A stretch of 64,000 nt of DNA from Lama guanicoe (lineage: Eukaryota): the NCBI GenBank assembly GCA_013239625.1, contig MU053379.1, forward strand, positions 3,206,866 to 3,270,865. The letters are read 5' to 3'. The notes beneath the pieces are model-generated. The model was not told the DNA's origin, searched no databases, and saw only the letters and a list, made by a program, of their open reading frames with translations. Made by a program: the position numbers and the translations under genes. Of this stretch, positions 50,581 to 63,137 are shown piece after piece; position 1 is the first letter of the stretch, and each line of letters opens with the position of its first letter.

Positions 50581-52368
50581 AAGCGAGTTTTGCTTGAATT
50601 ACATTCAAAAAACAATTTTTTTTTCTGTAGACGGTAACTAGAATAAAGTCAGTTTCCGGGCTGGGGAAAGGGACACTGGGAAACAGTGATTTTGCTGTGG
50701 ATTTTCTTTTCCTTTGTGGGCGTGCATGCACCTGGGGCCGTCAAGATGTCTCCATCTTGATGGCGACTCATCGTCTTGTTTCACTCATTAGCAGCAGGAG
50801 TTAACAAACTCTTCAAATAACCCTGATTTTGAACTGTTTTCGCACACACTCCTCTCCTAGCAAGAGCCAGGAAATTGGACCCAGGCACACACACAACAGG
50901 CATTTGCATCAAAATAATGCAGCGGGCGGAAGCAAGCCACAATCCCATCACTCAGAAGGAAGGAATAGAATACAAATTAAAGGAAGAATGTAAATTTTTT
51001 GCCATTAAGCTTCAATGACCGTTTGAAATGGTGCAAGGCACAAAGGGTCCTGATGCGCATCATCTAGTTTGATTATTCATACTTGTGTTTCTGCTTGAAT
51101 TAAAGCAGGAGTGCGAGAGCCTGTTACGGGGAAAATATTTGAATTGATAGTGAACTCTCACCTTGCGGTGCAGCCATTTACTTTTCAAATGAATACCAGA
51201 TAAGTTAGTGCATTTTCTAATCGGCCTGTTTTCCAGTGAGTGCTGTCATTACAGACCAATTTCTTTCAGAAGTGCTTGCGAAGAAACATTAACTACTTAC
51301 AAATAAGGAGCTGTCTGTCACGGGCTGCAGTCTTCGGCTCGCGGCTGAGGGCGATTCCCCCGCCCATCATGACTTCAGCCTTTTCCCTCCTTCTAAGTGA
51401 GCCCTTTAAGGTAGAGAGGGCTCCCATCTCCTGACATGTTTCCAGAGCCAGGTGGTGTCCTGCCCCCATGGAATAGCTGTGTCACGGAGCACAGGTGGCC
51501 TGGATCCACCCGGCCCCAGGATCCTCACTGCAGAGGCTGGGCCCCCAGCGTCGGTCCTGACCCCGGCTTCACATTCAAAGCCATACCTTCAGGGGATCAT
51601 CCCTTTCCGGCCACAGGCTCCACCGCTGGCAGGTGACTCGGTTCAACACAGAAACAAAATAGAGAAAGGTAGTAGATTCTGAGGGTTTGGAGGTGGAGGG
51701 GGGAGTGTCTCATTTAGAAACTATCTGCTCCAGTTTGGGACAAGGACAAGTAGGCAGACACTGTTCCTCCTAGTGTGAGGAGGGCACCGGAACATTGCGA
51801 CGCCTCAGGGGAAGACTTGAAAAATATTTGTGCTTAATCAGGGAGAAAGGAAAGAAGGCTGTTATCACTCGGGGTCTGCATTTGGCATCGTAAAGAGCTC
51901 TTGGGGGTTACTTTTCTGTTGAATGTGGCTGGCTACGTGTTTGTTGAAACGTGTAGGTTGATTTTTGATCAAAAAAATATTATGAGTAATCACGGGAAAG
52001 TGTAGGGGGCACCCAGGTGAGAAGCCAGGCTTCCAGACTCCAGGTGGCCTTGCTTCCAGACCGCTTTGTTTTGCAGATTGTGGTTCATTCATCAACAGGA
52101 GAAGCCCATGGATTTGCCACAAGTGGCGAGCAAAGCAGGTGGACTGTGAGCACGTCACATGTCCCAGCCGAGGGAGAGAGAGAGGGGCTGCAAGGCCAAG
52201 GACCTCCTGAGTGGAGAGATGGAGGGCCTGCTGCCCGGTGAGAAAAGGTCCTTATCAGGTTGGGATCCAAATGCTACTTTTATTTTTAAATATAAATAAA
52301 TAAATTCCCCAAATCATCTAATCCCATAACTGAATTAGTCAAATGGAAGTGTGGGACACACAGGAGTA

Positions 52369-52623
52369 ATTTTTTTAAATTTGAAGTCTAGTCAGTTTAC
52401 AATGTTAGTTTCAGGTGTACAGCAAAGCAACTCTGTTATACATGCATATACATATTTTTTTCAGATTCTATTCCATTATGACTCATTACAAGATATTGAA
52501 TCTAGTTCCCTGTGTTATACAGTAGGTCCTTGTTGTTTATCTGTTTTATATATAGCAGTGTGTATCTGTTAATCCCAAACTCCTAATTTATCCCTGCTCG
52601 CCTTCCCTCTAGTAACCACAGTT
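52369..52623 (-). mobile_element. L1 3' UTR, cetartiodactyl/camelid type, 5'-truncated
   Basis: ttgaagtctagtcagtttacaatgttagtttcaggtgtacagcaaag...ttccctgtgttatacagtaggtccttgttg...cccaaactcctaatttatccc. TSD cacacagga(g/a)ta at 52357-52368 and 52624-52635. Confidence 0.9.
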
Positions 52624-52959
52624 CACACAGGAATACTGAAAAAGGTTTTCCACAGTCTTAGCTAATTGTTATCCTTTTAAGAAACGTATAAACACAGATG
52701 TATCTAGAGAGGCTATAATGTCCAAAGCCATTTTTAAAAATCTGCCTTTTTAGCATATATATTGCTCTGCATTTAGTGCTCAGAATCCTGACAATCAATT
52801 TATGGATTTACGATTTTTAAATAACATGGAAGCTTTGGGGTTTCAAATAAATAATTTTATATAAAGAGATGTAGGCATTTCTGTTCCTTCTATTTATTTT
52901 AAAAGTTGGTAAGTTTTCTGTGTAATTATATGTAAGTATAAACACCCACAAAATATGAC

Positions 52960-53480
52960 CGGGCAGGTGGCAAGTGGCCACGAAGTCTTCCCCTCCGTGC
53001 ACCCACACCTGGCCTCTGCTAGTGCCCTCCGCACCTGGCTCTGAGATTGTCCATGGCTTTGATTGACTTGCTTTGGCCAGGGAACATCAATAAATGTGAC
53101 ATACTCAGAAACCTGAGCAGTGTTCAGCCCTCACCCTCCTGCTGCTCCTGGACTCCAGGTGAACAAGCCTGAGCTATTCTGCTGGAAGATGAGACACACA
53201 CCAAGAAGACCCGGCACCTGCCAGCCATCAGACTTGAGTGAGGTCATTGTGCATCATCCAGCTGCCAGACAGGCACGTGCAAGAGTCCAACAGAGGTCAG
53301 CCAAGCCAGCCCAGCCCACAGGAGCCACCCACCGAGCTGCAGAGTCACCACCTCGGCACGGTACTCAGCGGGCTGTCTGTGCAGAGCATGTGACCGACGC
53401 CCATTTTTGTGAAAACTCTCTTTTGTTATTGAACCATCAAAAGTGCACACCGTGCCACTTTTTGGTGGCATATTTTTGAC
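52960..53480 (+). mobile_element. MLT1H-like LTR
   Basis: tgacttgctttggccagggaacatcaataaatgtgac...ctgctggaagatgagacac...cagacttgagtgaggtcatt...cagcccacaggagccacccaccgagc. Confidence 0.65.
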
Positions 53481-54897
53481 TCTTTCGGTGTTCCTGATTG
53501 TCACCAATTACACCAGATCATCTGACAAAGCTGGCCCCTAACCGCATAGGCAATTGTATTAGAAATGACACTTGTCAATATTTTGAAGATTGAACGAAAG
53601 TGTGTGGGGACAGCAGACGCTGTCAGTGCTCTGCCCGTGTCCCCACAACTCCCTGCCATGTTTCTGTAGCCTCCCCCCCCCAGCACTGTCTCCCGGCCCC
53701 ACCCCCTGCAGCTGAGCCCCTGGAGGACTGAGCCCAAGTCAGCCTCCGTGAGGTTCTGCTGGATCCCAAGTCCTTGCTGAGCCGTGCTGGGCCAACTTCC
53801 TCACTCCCATACTGAATTTGCCTGGAGTCGCTTCTGCATGAGTCTCTCACATTTAGTTTCAGGGGCTGCTGCCGGAAAACCAGTCAGTCTCAGCGGCTTT
53901 CTCCTCCAGGCCAAAGTGGTCCCCCTCCCGTCTCTGCGAGAGGCTTTTAGCTCCCTCCGTGTGGAGGGCGTCCTCTGCTTGGACGAGATGTTCTGGCCCG
54001 TGGCCTGCTGCCTGCTCATGTCCAGTCCCGGTACATTACTAGCCAACAGGTCGCCGCAGGTCTGTGTGAAAGAACTGACAGCTCTCTCGCTCCTTTCCCC
54101 TGCAAGCAAATTCTCCTCTTTAGGTGAAACCTCTCCTCCCGCGCCCCAGCATGGAGCTCTCGTGGACTGACAGCGTAGCCACCCCACCCCAGCCGCGGAT
54201 GACTGACCCATCCCCGGGCAAGTGACCCATCAGACCAGTTGGAATCCTATCCTGGAATTTTTCGAACTGGAGTGAAGAAAGATGGGCGGTTAGACCAGGA
54301 ACCTCTCAGCACCTGTGATTCCTTCCCCTTTGACATTCAGAGAGAAGGGAGACTGCTGGTCACGGGGCATCCGCGGTTGGTTCTTGCCTTGCTCTACATC
54401 CTTATTGCCAGCTGTCCACCCACAGAGAACCTTATGCTCCCCTCTCCCCCAGAACCCCCAAACGCTGTCATCTCTAGAACCCTCTCCTCACGTCTTCTTC
54501 CCTGTAGACGTTGAATGTAACATTCTTTAAGTTACAGAAACTCACTTTTTTGGATCCAGTGATCCCTTTTTGGTAACCCAAGGACATACCATACAACAAG
54601 CCGTGATCCTGGGCATTGGGACAAGTCCTCAGGGGCGGGGGCCACTCCTGGCCTGAGTGTTCTCCCAGGAAAGTGTCTGCTGTGAGCACCTGCCTTTTTC
54701 CAGCCTCTGGACTTCCCCCGATGAAACCCCTCTTACCTTTCCAAGCCCCACTGAACTGCCACCTCCTTGAAGCCTGCCCTTGTCCTTAACCTGATGCGAC
54801 CTCTCCCTTCTCAGCCACCAGTGCATTTACCTCATGTGTGTCCAGCAGTCCCATCCCTTCCATATCCTGCCTAGCGATCTGCGGACCTGTATCTCCA

Positions 54898-55045
54898 CAC
54901 CCCAGCTCTGCCACCTGCGGACTCTGTCCCTTTGAGCAAGCTCTCATTTTCCCCACCTCAGAAATGAGAGCAGGAACAGTGCCTACCTCAGAGACTTGCT
55001 GTGAGAATCAACTGAATTAAAATATACAGAGTATAAATGCTTGCT
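54898..55045 (+). mobile_element. MIR SINE
   Basis: cccagctctgccacct...tttgagcaag...attttccccacctcagaaatgagagcaggaacagtgcctacctcagagacttgctgtgagaatcaactga. Confidence 0.75.
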
Positions 55046-57469
55046 CATCGTTGCGTATAATGATGGTGATGAATTTTCTATCCTGATTTACGAGCCCCAA
55101 CCATCAGGGCCATTAATCTCAGTTTTTAATCTGAGTATCACATGATACCTTATGCCACGGGGTAAACCCTCAGAAAAGCAAACAAATAATAAATTAAATT
55201 GCATTTACTGCCACGGCCGTTCCAGTTACAGTGATGTGTCGGAAGGCGGGGGTGTTCTCCCTCAGACAGAGGGAGACGGACCCCCACCTGCACCCCACGC
55301 CAGTTTGGTGTGCAGCCAAGGCTTTCTCCCAATTAAGTCTTCCTCCCGAGTCACAGTCTATTTCATGAACTGTTTGGCACATTAACTCAGTTCTAAGGAT
55401 ACTGCATTAGACTCTTCTAGCAAATGGGTTCACACTAGTATGTGAGTCTCTTTGTGACTCAGAATTTTTTAATAAGGACCCAAAGCTGCCAATCAGACAT
55501 TTCAGACACAGAAGAACCCACATTCTACATCTTCTCAGAGATGATGTTTTAAAAGTGCCACCGACTAGCCTCTTCCTCCTCTAATTGGGCAGATTTCAGC
55601 GTGGGCGAAGATGTCTTTTCTTGCCATTCAGCCGCTTCCCTGGCTTTCCCCATGGCGATGTCTCTCTGCCTTTGAATACTTTTCCCCTTTCATCCTTTCA
55701 ACACGGGCCCAGAAGTTACGGCGCAAAGTTGCGCCAGCGCCGTGGGGAGCGTGAAGCCAGGAGGATGCTGGGTCTCCCAGTGCAGGGATTTCCAGGATCG
55801 TCCCACTGACCAACTCGGGCAGAAACTGTCCTGTAAGAGCTGGGAAGTTTATGACAGTGTCGTACCTGCCGTGCGGTGGACAATCGTTAGTCACCAAAGC
55901 AGACACTCGAGCTTGCCTTTTCAAAGGTGGGAAACTACCCGCCTCCTGAGCCTTCTGGAGTCCCCACAAGTCTTGAGTGGCCTGGCAGGGGCTTCGGAGA
56001 CCGCCAGGCAGCTCTGCAGAGCAGCCTCCAGTCCCACGGAGGGGCTGCTGCCTTCCTCACGAAGGCAGAGTGTTTGTTATAATTCAGTGGAAATCCTGGG
56101 GTTCAAATAGAGATGCACACCCGAGCAGCTCAAAGCTGGTTTTCTTGTGATTTCAGGGCAGATGCAGGGAGCAACGTGTGTGGACACTCCAGTGTTTACA
56201 CTTACAGTGCTGGTGCTTGGGAGAAAAGCAGCACCCACTGCTTCTGGGCCAGTTCACCTAAGTCTGTTAAATCAGCTGGGGAAGAAAGTACCTTTTCTGG
56301 AAAGTAGAGCTTCTGCCCAGCACAAAATGAAGGGGGGGCCTCAGAAGAGTGAGTCCGTGATTAAAACTACTAGATCGGAAAACCCTCACTCAATTATTTG
56401 TCCTCTTTAAATCCTGATTATCTTTTTAATTTGCAAAGACGGATTTTTTTTTTAGAGTTAGTTAAGTGTGCCAGCTGCCCAAGTCTGTGTTGCGAACATT
56501 GGAAGGGTATTTAATGATGTTACGCTTAAGTTTCACCTTCAAAACAAGAAAAAAAATACACCAGGGAGTAGGGTGGGCGTGTAACTTGGGTTCAAGAAAG
56601 GTTAATGAGAAAGCTGCGAAATCCTACATCACAGCCAGAAGCTCCGTAAAGAGCTCTGTCCTCTCCCCCCACCACCATTTCCAGTTTAATCTTCGGGTGG
56701 GGGGAGGGAAAGGGGCGATGTTGAAAAGTAACTCATTAAGCTCTCCAGAACGCCACGTGCAAATTAAATGTGCTTGTTTTCCAAAACCGGCTTTGTTTAC
56801 TGCCTTCCACACAGCCATCTCTCCATCATGACATTTCCTCTGCCACCGAGTTTCAGAGTTCTAACTTGGGGTGGCGAGAGTAAACCCCTGTGAGCTGGAC
56901 CCTGCATTTCTCCACCCCAGGACCCACGTGTTTGGATTAACGGAGACATATGGCTTGATCCTACTGAGGGGGCCTCTGGGGTCAGCCCTGGAGGCCAGAC
57001 TGGCTCCCCTCCCTGGTGGTCCCTGTTGTGCCGTCTCCGGGCCCAGGGAGATTACCAAGCCCTGACTCTCGGGCGCTTGTGCATCTGACCGTGTGCGGCA
57101 GCCTGTCGGGCACGGCGGGCTGACGGAGCAGTCAAACCCCCCCAGGGAGAAAGGCCGGCTGCCTCCGTAGGAGCCCGAGGCCAGCCAGCCCCACAGCTTC
57201 CTGTTGATTTTCTGGACGAAGAGCCTCCAGCCACACCCCCAAGAGGACAGGCTTCAGTTCCCCGCTGGGGAGACAAATGGACCACTGAGGCCTGGACGCA
57301 GGCGGGGCAAGGCGTCTCTCTCTTATTCTTTCTCGTGGCCGCTGCTTTCGGCAATCTGGGATTTCTCCAAGGAATACGGGGGCCCTGGGCAAATCACCCT
57401 AGACTTCGCTTTGCTTCCTTAAGAGGGCGAAACTCCTCCTGTGCGCAAGAGGCTTCGTGGTTACAAGAC

Positions 57470-57630
57470 ACATTCACACCCACGAACAGACTGGCGCCGT
57501 ATGGCTGTTGCCCGCTTCTCTATGTTACCGATGAGGGAATGGGAACTCAGAGAGTCCACGCGATTTGTCAAAATCCCACAGCTTCTAAGGGTGGAACTGG
57601 ATCTGGTCCTCAGATGTGCCAGTCCAGCCC
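57470..57630 (-). mobile_element. MIR SINE (diverged)
   Basis: gttaccgatgagggaatgggaactcagagagtccacgcgatttgtcaaaatcccacagcttctaagggtggaactggatctg. Confidence 0.6.
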
Positions 57631-59384
57631 TCCTCCTACTCCTCTTGGCTCCATCCTCTTCCAAGGCTTAAGAAAAAGACGGCATGCATCCTGCCCAGGG
57701 AAGAGGCTTGAGCAGCCAACCCCACCCAGGGCCGCCCCCACCCCCCAGCAGGGCACAGCCTCTCATCGTGTGTCAGTGCCCCCCTGAGGTCCCGGCCCAT
57801 CCAGCACAGGGTGGCTTCTCTCCTGGGAGCCCCCACGGGAGCCCCCTGAGCCTGCTTGCAACAACAAACACTGAGATGGGGGGATGGGATGGAAGAGGCA
57901 ATTGGCTTTTCCAAACCCAAGAGCATTAGAATAACAGGAAAATAACTTCTGCTTCCCTGCATGACGGGGGACCAAGTTCCAGACTCACCTCCCCTGTAAA
58001 CCACGATGGAACTGGAAAAACTGTTCTCAGACAGTGGAAGGCAGCCTAAGACGGTGGCCCTGGAGGAAAAGGAAACACACAAGGCAAGACCCGTGGTGGC
58101 CCTGGCTGTCTACTGGGGGCACTTTCCAGACCACACTGCAGAGAACTGGAGACCAAGCGGCCTGTGGTGACCTCCTCGATCCTCACCTGTCCCAGAGATG
58201 ATGATGCATTCATTCCTGGGGGCAGCTCGACTCCGACGTGAGGGGCCCCATCCTCTGCTGCTCTCCATTTTTCAAGGGCAAGATCAGCTGCTGTTGATGC
58301 CGCTAAAATCTGAAGCCAGCACGGATAGGACCTGCCATCCTGGCTCCGTGGGGATGGTCAGGGATCAAATGACACTGCAGCTGAGAAAGTCCACAGCATC
58401 ACTAACTAGAGACGAGACACTGTGATCCCAGCCTCCTTCACGGCACCGACCCAGCTTCCAAACCTGCAGGCAATCCCCACACCTCATGCTGGCTGTTGGG
58501 CTCCATCTTCTCCTCCAGACATTTCTCCAGCGCCACCAACGGGAACATGATCTGATGAGCGTTTTCACCTCCTTTCAGGCCCCACTCAGGAATACAGTGA
58601 TGCTGGCCACTGCCCAGTATGTGCCACCGCCTGAGCTGCAGCCCTCTCACCTGTGCGGGATAAAGGTCCCCTCGTGCAGGCTACAGAGCGGGGAGCAGGG
58701 GGTCAGATGCACACGGCCACAAGGAACCCTGGATTGAAATCAACATTTGTTCCCCCAGAGGCTTTGGGCCAAGACGCTATGCAATGCTACCAGATAGCCA
58801 GAAGAGGGAAGGCAGAGTAGAGCTTGGGCCGTCCAGGCAAGCGCAGCCCCGCCCTGTGTCCCCCCGGATGGCCCAGCTGAGACAACAGGCAAGAGGTCAA
58901 CTTGCTAAGGCTGAAACCTCTCAATGTCATTTCTCCTGTGAAATGTCACTAAGGAGCAACAGCTGGGTCCTCGTGAAATACGAAAGTCAGTGAGAAATAC
59001 CCTTAAGTTTGCTTTGAGTCTTTTCTTTATAAAGATGTGGGATGGGGAAGAGAATGTTTTAGAATAACTAGAAACTGAACAATAAATAGAAGGAGTGACA
59101 TATGCCGGAGATAACCAAGAAGGTAAAAACATCTGCTCAGGTTTGCCCGTAAAGGAAAGAAATCACATTGCTAACAAAATTAGTGCATGACCAAGCATGC
59201 CTTCAAACAACAACTTCTTTTCACGTCGGCATCTATCCATTAAATTCCTTTGAAAACTGCAGGCAGTTTCCTGCTTTGGTATACTTGGCATTGCCGTGGA
59301 ATAAAACAGGGAGATATTTGACTTAGGCAGAAAGTCCAGGTCTGCTTGCACAATCCGGGGCGCAGTTTTGAAGTAGGAAGGAAA

Positions 59385-59570
59385 ATAGCCTGGGTCAGGC
59401 GCTGTACCAGGAACGTCCACATGGGCGATAGAATCAAATCCTCACAGCAGCTCCGTAAGGCAAATGTAGTTGTTCCCAGTTCAGAGATAATGAAACTGAG
59501 CCTTAGAAAACTTAGATAAGGAATTGGGATCCACATCTATGTGATTCCAAGACCTCATTCCTATGCCAGC
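59385..59570 (-). mobile_element. MIR SINE
   Basis: aatcctcacagcagctccgtaaggcaaatgtagttgttcccagttcagagataatgaaactgagccttaga. Confidence 0.7.
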
Positions 59571-59647
59571 ACCTTGGATTAAATAACCATGTGATCCAGC
59601 AGGTAGGTATTTTCAGGTGCCATCAATGAATTTCTCAAGAAATCCAT

Positions 59648-59995
59648 TGTAAGGTTAGTGGTTGCCAAAGGCAGGGTGTGGGGGGGTGGGAGAAGGTGGC
59701 AGATTGTGCTCAAAAGGCACAAACTTCCAGTTATAAGGTAAACAAGTCCTGTGAGTGTAATGTACATGAGGACTAGTTCACGGTGCTGCGCTGCGTATTT
59801 GAAAGCTGCTGCGAGAGTCGCTCTCAAAAGTTCTCATCTCAAGAAAAACTTTCTGCAGTCACCTGAGGTGGTGGGTGTTAACCTATTGTGTACCTTTTGC
59901 AACATATACTTGCATCAAATCGTTATGTTGTGCATCTTAAACTGATACAATGCTATTGTCAAATACACCTCAATAAAACAGGGTTAAAGAAAGGA
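59648..59995 (+). mobile_element. L1MA9-like 3' UTR
   Basis: tagtggttgccaaagg...tcaaaaggcacaaacttccagttataag...atcaaatcgttatgttgtgcatcttaaactgatacaatg...ctcaataaaac. TSD aagaaat(c/t)cat at 59637-59647 and 59996-60006. Confidence 0.85.
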
Positions 59996-60559
59996 AAGAA
60001 ATTCATCATATCCATCATCTCCTAATGGATACAAGCGTGCTCACGGCTGTGAGTTAACTAGCATGCAGGCAACTGAAGGATAAAACGAAACAAAACAAAA
60101 ACCAGTAAAAATCATTTTAAACATCCTGGGCTTTTGAAGTTCAAGATGGTGAACTGAGCACCTACTTTTTGCCTCCACACCCTTCTGAGATCCTGTCCAA
60201 GTTGCAATAATGGACTTAAAAAGGTGAAACCCAAGAACAGCGAAACGAATGGGACAAAGGACGTGCCCACAGCTAGTGAGATTTCAGCACATTTCCAGAA
60301 GGCTGGAAACGGTGGGAGAGGGTCAGGGGAGGAAAGGAAGCAGGCGAAACCTTGCAGGTGGGGCTGAGCGGGGGGGTCCTCACTCGCCGGCAGACGAGGC
60401 TGGGGCAGGAGGAGGCAGGCGCGGCAGGGCAGCGCTGAGAAGTGGGCTGAGCACCGGAGGACGGAAGCAGTGGTTCTCAACCCGGGCTCCACGTGGGATC
60501 AGTAGCGTCTGCCACACGGTAATGCTTAATGAGCAACTGTTGAGTGAACGGATCTCCAG

Positions 60560-60965
60560 GGTGGGTTGGCAAACTGCAGCCCCAGAGGAGCCAATGGTTC
60601 AGTTCCAGCCTGAGTCCACAGGCCTGAGAACCAGGAGACCCAATGGTGTGGTTCCAGCCCAAAGGCCAGCAGTCTCGAGACTCCGGAAAGCCAGCGTTTT
60701 CAGCTCTAGGCCGAAGGCAGGAAAGCGCTGATGTCCCAGTTGGGCAGGAAGAATTCTCTCTTCCTCAGAGGAGGGTTTCGGTTCTCTTCAAGCCTTCCAC
60801 GGATGGGATGCAGCCCCCCTCAATTCAGGGAGGGCAACCCACTCTACTCAGTCTACTGTCTTACATGTTAATCTCTTCGAAAAAACACTCACAGAAACAC
60901 TTAGAAAAAATGTTGACCAAATACCCTGTGCCTGATCAGGCTAGCACATCAGACTGACAGCCACA
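60560..60965 (-). mobile_element. MLT2B-like ERVL LTR
   Basis: ttccagcctgagtccacaggcctgagaaccaggagacccaatggtgtggttccag...ctgatgtcccag...gggagggcaacccactctactcagtctac...atgttaatctc...aaacactcacagaaacac. Confidence 0.85.
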
Positions 60966-61814
60966 CTGGTTCCACGCGTGTCAACGTGCTTAAATGTGCT
61001 CCATCCCCATGGCGGAGCCCCCGGGCAGCTGCGCCTCACCCCCGGGGCAGCCACAGCAGAGGCTGAGCACAAGACCGGCACGTGGACTGTTCCAGAGTCT
61101 GGCCTCTTTGCCAGAGCCTGCCGGCATCCAGAAACAAAGGGGACGGGGCTGAGGGGTGAGGGGGAGGGAAGATGCCCCTCCACGCCAGCCCCAAACCCCA
61201 GAAGCTCCTGGCACAGGGTTTCTTAGGGGCTGGCTTCTCTGTCGCATGTGTTGAAGGGCTTGAAACTGGCCTGATGTGGGAGATTTGAGTTCACAGGGCA
61301 GAAAATCCATACTCTCTAGACACCTGCTGACTGCAGGAGAATTTAAGGTATTGACCTTCCATTTAAGGCTGAGATAAGAGGCACAGATCTGTGCACCTTC
61401 CCAGAGCTGGCCAGGTGGAGGTGGACACCGATCTCTGCAGCCACCGCTCTGTGAATCACCAAATGGGCCTTTATTGACTCAAGCTGGGGTTCCACTCCCA
61501 GGTCAGAGTCGCTGACTGCATCAGCGAGCCCAAATCCCTCCTCTGCACCTGTTCAGTGGTGCCTGAAAGGGGCTGGGGCTTTGAGTAAGACACACCAGGG
61601 GAGACTTTTAAACACCCACATGGCTTCTGCCTAAGAGAATGGATTTTAATGTTGGTAGTGAAAGAGTGAAAATGACAAGCAGTGTGACCGAGGACACTTA
61701 AGCCCGGGAACCAGATGTGAGGCGTGGTGAATATTGTGGCCACACTGATTTGGTCCAGTGTTTAGCATCTAAAAGAAAAAGATGAGCTCGTTCATTGACC
61801 ACATTCTACCTGAC

Positions 61815-61854
61815 TGTGTGTGTGAAGGGGTGAGCGCGTGTGTGTGCATGTATG

Positions 61855-61887
<33 letters not shown>

Positions 61888-61888
61888 A
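61815..61888. repeat. Compound (TG)n microsatellite
   Basis: Directly visible. Confidence 0.9.
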
Positions 61889-62009
61889 CACAATCAGGAA
61901 AGAACAAAGAGTTTACAAAGAACAAAAGGACAAGCTTGAGATTTATCACAGACAGATTGAAAGCATGGTCCTACCTAACATACTGCAAACCAAACTTACA
62001 CTGGAATCA

Positions 62010-62100
62010 GGGGAGGGTGTAGCTTTGTGGTAGAGCGCATGCTCAGTACCCACAAGGTCCTGGGTTCAATTCCTGGTACCTCTATTCAAAAAAAAAAAAA
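62010..62100 (+). mobile_element. Camelid tRNA-derived SINE, short form
   Basis: ggggagggtgtagctttgtggtagagcgcatgctcagtacccacaaggtcctgggttcaattcctggtacctctattc, then A13. Flanks share tggaatca (degenerate TSD). Confidence 0.88.
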
Positions 62101-62782
62101 GGTCTATATTGGAATCAAATCTGTGCCCTAATCATTGTTCTTTTTAACTGAAATAAAAACTTTTCAACACAGAAAGCTTGGATGGAATTTCTATGTGGAA
62201 CCATATAAAATTTGGGGTTTTCTTTTGAAATCTAAATTGGGCGCTCTATTACAAAGACACGTTCTACAAAGCACTATTTGCACGCCCCGTCGCCCTCACC
62301 ATGCTGCCAGGAAGCCCAGACAAGCCCGGGAAGTCTCTGGGGAAAGGTGATCTTCTAAAGGTTTGGGGGTTTTTATTCCCTCCTGGAGCACGTTGCCTAG
62401 ATAAGGTTGACTTCTGGCTTCTCAGACGATGATTTAAAATAAGACTTTCCTGAACTTTGTAACCCTATTTTGAAGGAAAGCATTTTAAGAGCAAGGGATA
62501 AAATTCAATTAACTGAGATGACAGAAAATAATCTACTAAGTGACCATATCAGGCAACTGGACGCTTTCAGACCTTTCAGAAAGGAAATAACCTATTTCTT
62601 GCCTTGTTATCTAATGACACAGGAGTTTGCTTCTCTTGAAGCCGTTACACATCTACCTAATGAGGCCCAAACACCGTCGCCAAGCAATTAGCGCTTTCAT
62701 TGTGTCGCTGATTCCCTTCATTTCCGCAGTTGCTGATCATCATTAGCCAATGCCGCCTCCTCCAAGAGCGCATGTGCGTGTG

Positions 62783-62809
62783 TACACACACACACACACA
62801 CACACACAC
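62783..62809. repeat. (CA)n microsatellite
   Basis: Directly visible. Confidence 0.9.
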
Positions 62810-63014
62810 CCCCGCTCTCCAGCTGGCCGAGAAACACGACAGCTCCACTGACAGCTCGGGCCGGAGGCTGCTGGGGGCAGCCTCGGACAAGCACCAGACT
62901 CGGGCAGCCCGGGCAGCTCGTTGGTCCGGGTGTCGGTGCTGCCCGACGCTCGTCTGCCGCGCTGTGGGTGCCGTGCGTTTCACGGGTATTCACAGACGGT
63001 GGCGTTTACTAATA

Positions 63015-63017
<3 letters not shown>

Positions 63018-63048
<31 letters not shown>
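63018..63048. repeat. (CA)n microsatellite
   Basis: Directly visible. Confidence 0.9.
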
Positions 63049-63051
<3 letters not shown>

Positions 63052-63137
63052 CAAGTCGTCCTCTCCAAAGGGCCACGTCAACGTCGCTCTCATCTGTCCA
63101 CGTGCTCTTCTAGAAGCTTGAAGAGCGAGAACCCTCT

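Noticed and set aside
60468..60503. MER5-type hAT terminus CAGTGGTTCTCAAC
   Set aside because: Only about 35 bp match and I found no second terminal repeat, which is too little to call.
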